Shown here: piece by piece, positions 62,926-64,000 of the stretch
Layout of the letters: every line of letters begins with the position of its first letter
How positions within the stretch are numbered: the first letter of the stretch is position 1
Assembly: GCA_016198755.1 (NCBI GenBank)
Contig: JACQIB010000005.1
Span: 32,001 to 96,000, forward strand
Direction: 5' to 3'
Length of the DNA: 64,000 nucleotides
From: Candidatus Aenigmatarchaeota archaeon
GTDB lineage: Archaea > Aenigmatarchaeota > Aenigmatarchaeia > Aenigmatarchaeales > JACQIB01
Translations under genes and position numbers: made by a program
Notes under the pieces: generated by a model
What the model was told of the DNA's origin: nothing
Databases searched by the model: none
The model's input: the letters and a program-made list of their open reading frames with translations, nothing else

Positions 62926-63684
62926 CTATATTTTCTTCAGGAAACCTGCGCGGGGCTCAAAGCAGATGCCATCCTCTAAAAGAGCTGATATTGCAGAATC
63001 TACAGCAGGCTCTGGAAAGGCAAGAGACTTTGCCACAGCTGAATATTCAGCCCCGCTTCCCTTATCTAGGCTTTCTATAGCAACCAGAACTTTGTCCTTT
63101 ACTTCAGTTTCCTTCAGAACATTTTCCTCTGTTTTTTGCTCTATAAGCTCCTGAGCTTCATGTATAGCTTCCACATCATCAGCCTGTACTCCCTGTGCTC
63201 CGGCTAAAACTTTCAATTCAGCCAAATCTGCAGCTTGTTTCTGCAGCTGGTGCACAATGGAAATTTTCTTGCGCTGATCCTGCAAAAGTTTTTTAAGCTC
63301 CAAAACCCTTAAAGTTTCAAAATTTGAGGTAACACCGCGTATTATTTCAGGTGCAAGATACACTTCCCCGTTATATTCCCTAACCTTCCCTGTAACATCC
63401 ACTAAATCTCCGGATTTAAACCCTTCAAGCATTTTTATATTAACAAAAACCTTGCACCTTAATGTATCAGAGCCATCATCCAATGTTATAGAACCATAGT
63501 TGCCGTCTTCTGAAACAAATTTATCCACAATCAAACCAAGAGTCCTGATTCTGCTCATTCTCCTTCCTAGGGATGTTATTATATAGCTGCTTTCAAACCC
63601 TGATTTTTTAACAAACTTTCCTTTTACAATCTCCTCAATCCCTGCTTTCTTTGCTGTAAGTCTTTTCTTCTCCATCTGCACCAA
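62926..63684 (-). CDS. RPA32-like OB-fold protein with C-terminal winged helix
   Basis: KRLTAKK, ITLDDGSDT, V.V.GKVREY, LLEDGICFEPRAG. Confidence 0.85.
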   Translation of the reverse strand: MVQMEKKRLTAKKAGIEEIVKGKFVKKSGFESSYIITSLGRRMSRIRTLGLIVDKFVSEDGNYGSITLDDGSDTLRCKVFVNIKMLEGFKSGDLVDVTGKVREYNGEVYLAPEIIRGVTSNFETLRVLELKKLLQDQRKKISIVHQLQKQAADLAELKVLAGAQGVQADDVEAIHEAQELIEQKTEENVLKETEVKDKVLVAIESLDKGSGAEYSAVAKSLAFPEPAVDSAISALLEDGICFEPRAGFLKKI

Positions 63685-63716
63685 CCCTCATTTTTCTGTT
63701 AAAAGTATTTATAGGG

Positions 63717-64000
63717 CTAAATTTTCTGCACAAAACCTGTGCGCGGCTCGAAAATCATACCCTCCCTCTTAAGCCTCTGTAAAAGTTCCTCGAAATCCTT
63801 CTCGTTTATACCTTCATCCTCTGCTGCAGCAAGCAGCTCTTCTTTTGGAATCTGCTTTCCTAAACTCTTTTCAAGCTTTCCAATCAAATCCAGTATCATT
63901 GTTATCTTTGTCCTTTGGGAAGCCGGTGTTCCTCCTTCCAGCTTATCCACATCAAGCTTTCCTGTCTCATAATCATATCCAAGCTGTTTTATTGATTCCT
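63717..64000 (-). CDS. mcm: MCM helicase, C-terminal end (partial)
   Basis: LGYDYETGKLDVDKLEGGTPASQR..LKREGMIFEPRTGFVQKI. Confidence 0.88.
   Translation of the reverse strand, partial: ESIKQLGYDYETGKLDVDKLEGGTPASQRTKITMILDLIGKLEKSLGKQIPKEELLAAAEDEGINEKDFEELLQRLKREGMIFEPRTGFVQKI

Overview
Archaeal chromosomal segment. Evidence: Hel308, Alba, Dph5, Hjc, RFC-L, aIF-2beta, RPA, the MCM C-terminus, an intron-containing initiator tRNA, and TATA boxes about 25 nt before start codons. Tight packing, trimmed informational proteins and many orphans suggest a DPANN-type symbiont (inference). The main feature is a ~23 kb type IV pilus/Tad-like locus (14.0-37.0 kb). It holds a VirB11/TadA ATPase, a fused TadB/C platform protein and 19 single-TM pilin-like ORFs, four of them missed by the ORF track. 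These include three paralogous Cys-rich adhesin-like proteins and an 846-aa protein with a 575-aa Cys-free insert; four polytopic membrane proteins follow. A six-HTH protein with a Thermoplasmata-type DUF6015-like domain interrupts the locus. Next comes an array of five modular orphan proteins, several Pro-rich, that share a repeated upstream element (candidate host-directed effectors; hypothesis only). Also present: two AbiE toxin-antitoxin modules around dph5, an RLIG1-like RNA ligase, a class II RNR, tRNA-Pro, tRNA-iMet and several palindromic intergenic elements. No CRISPR array, rRNA or transposase was seen. All family assignments come from motif recognition, not database searches.
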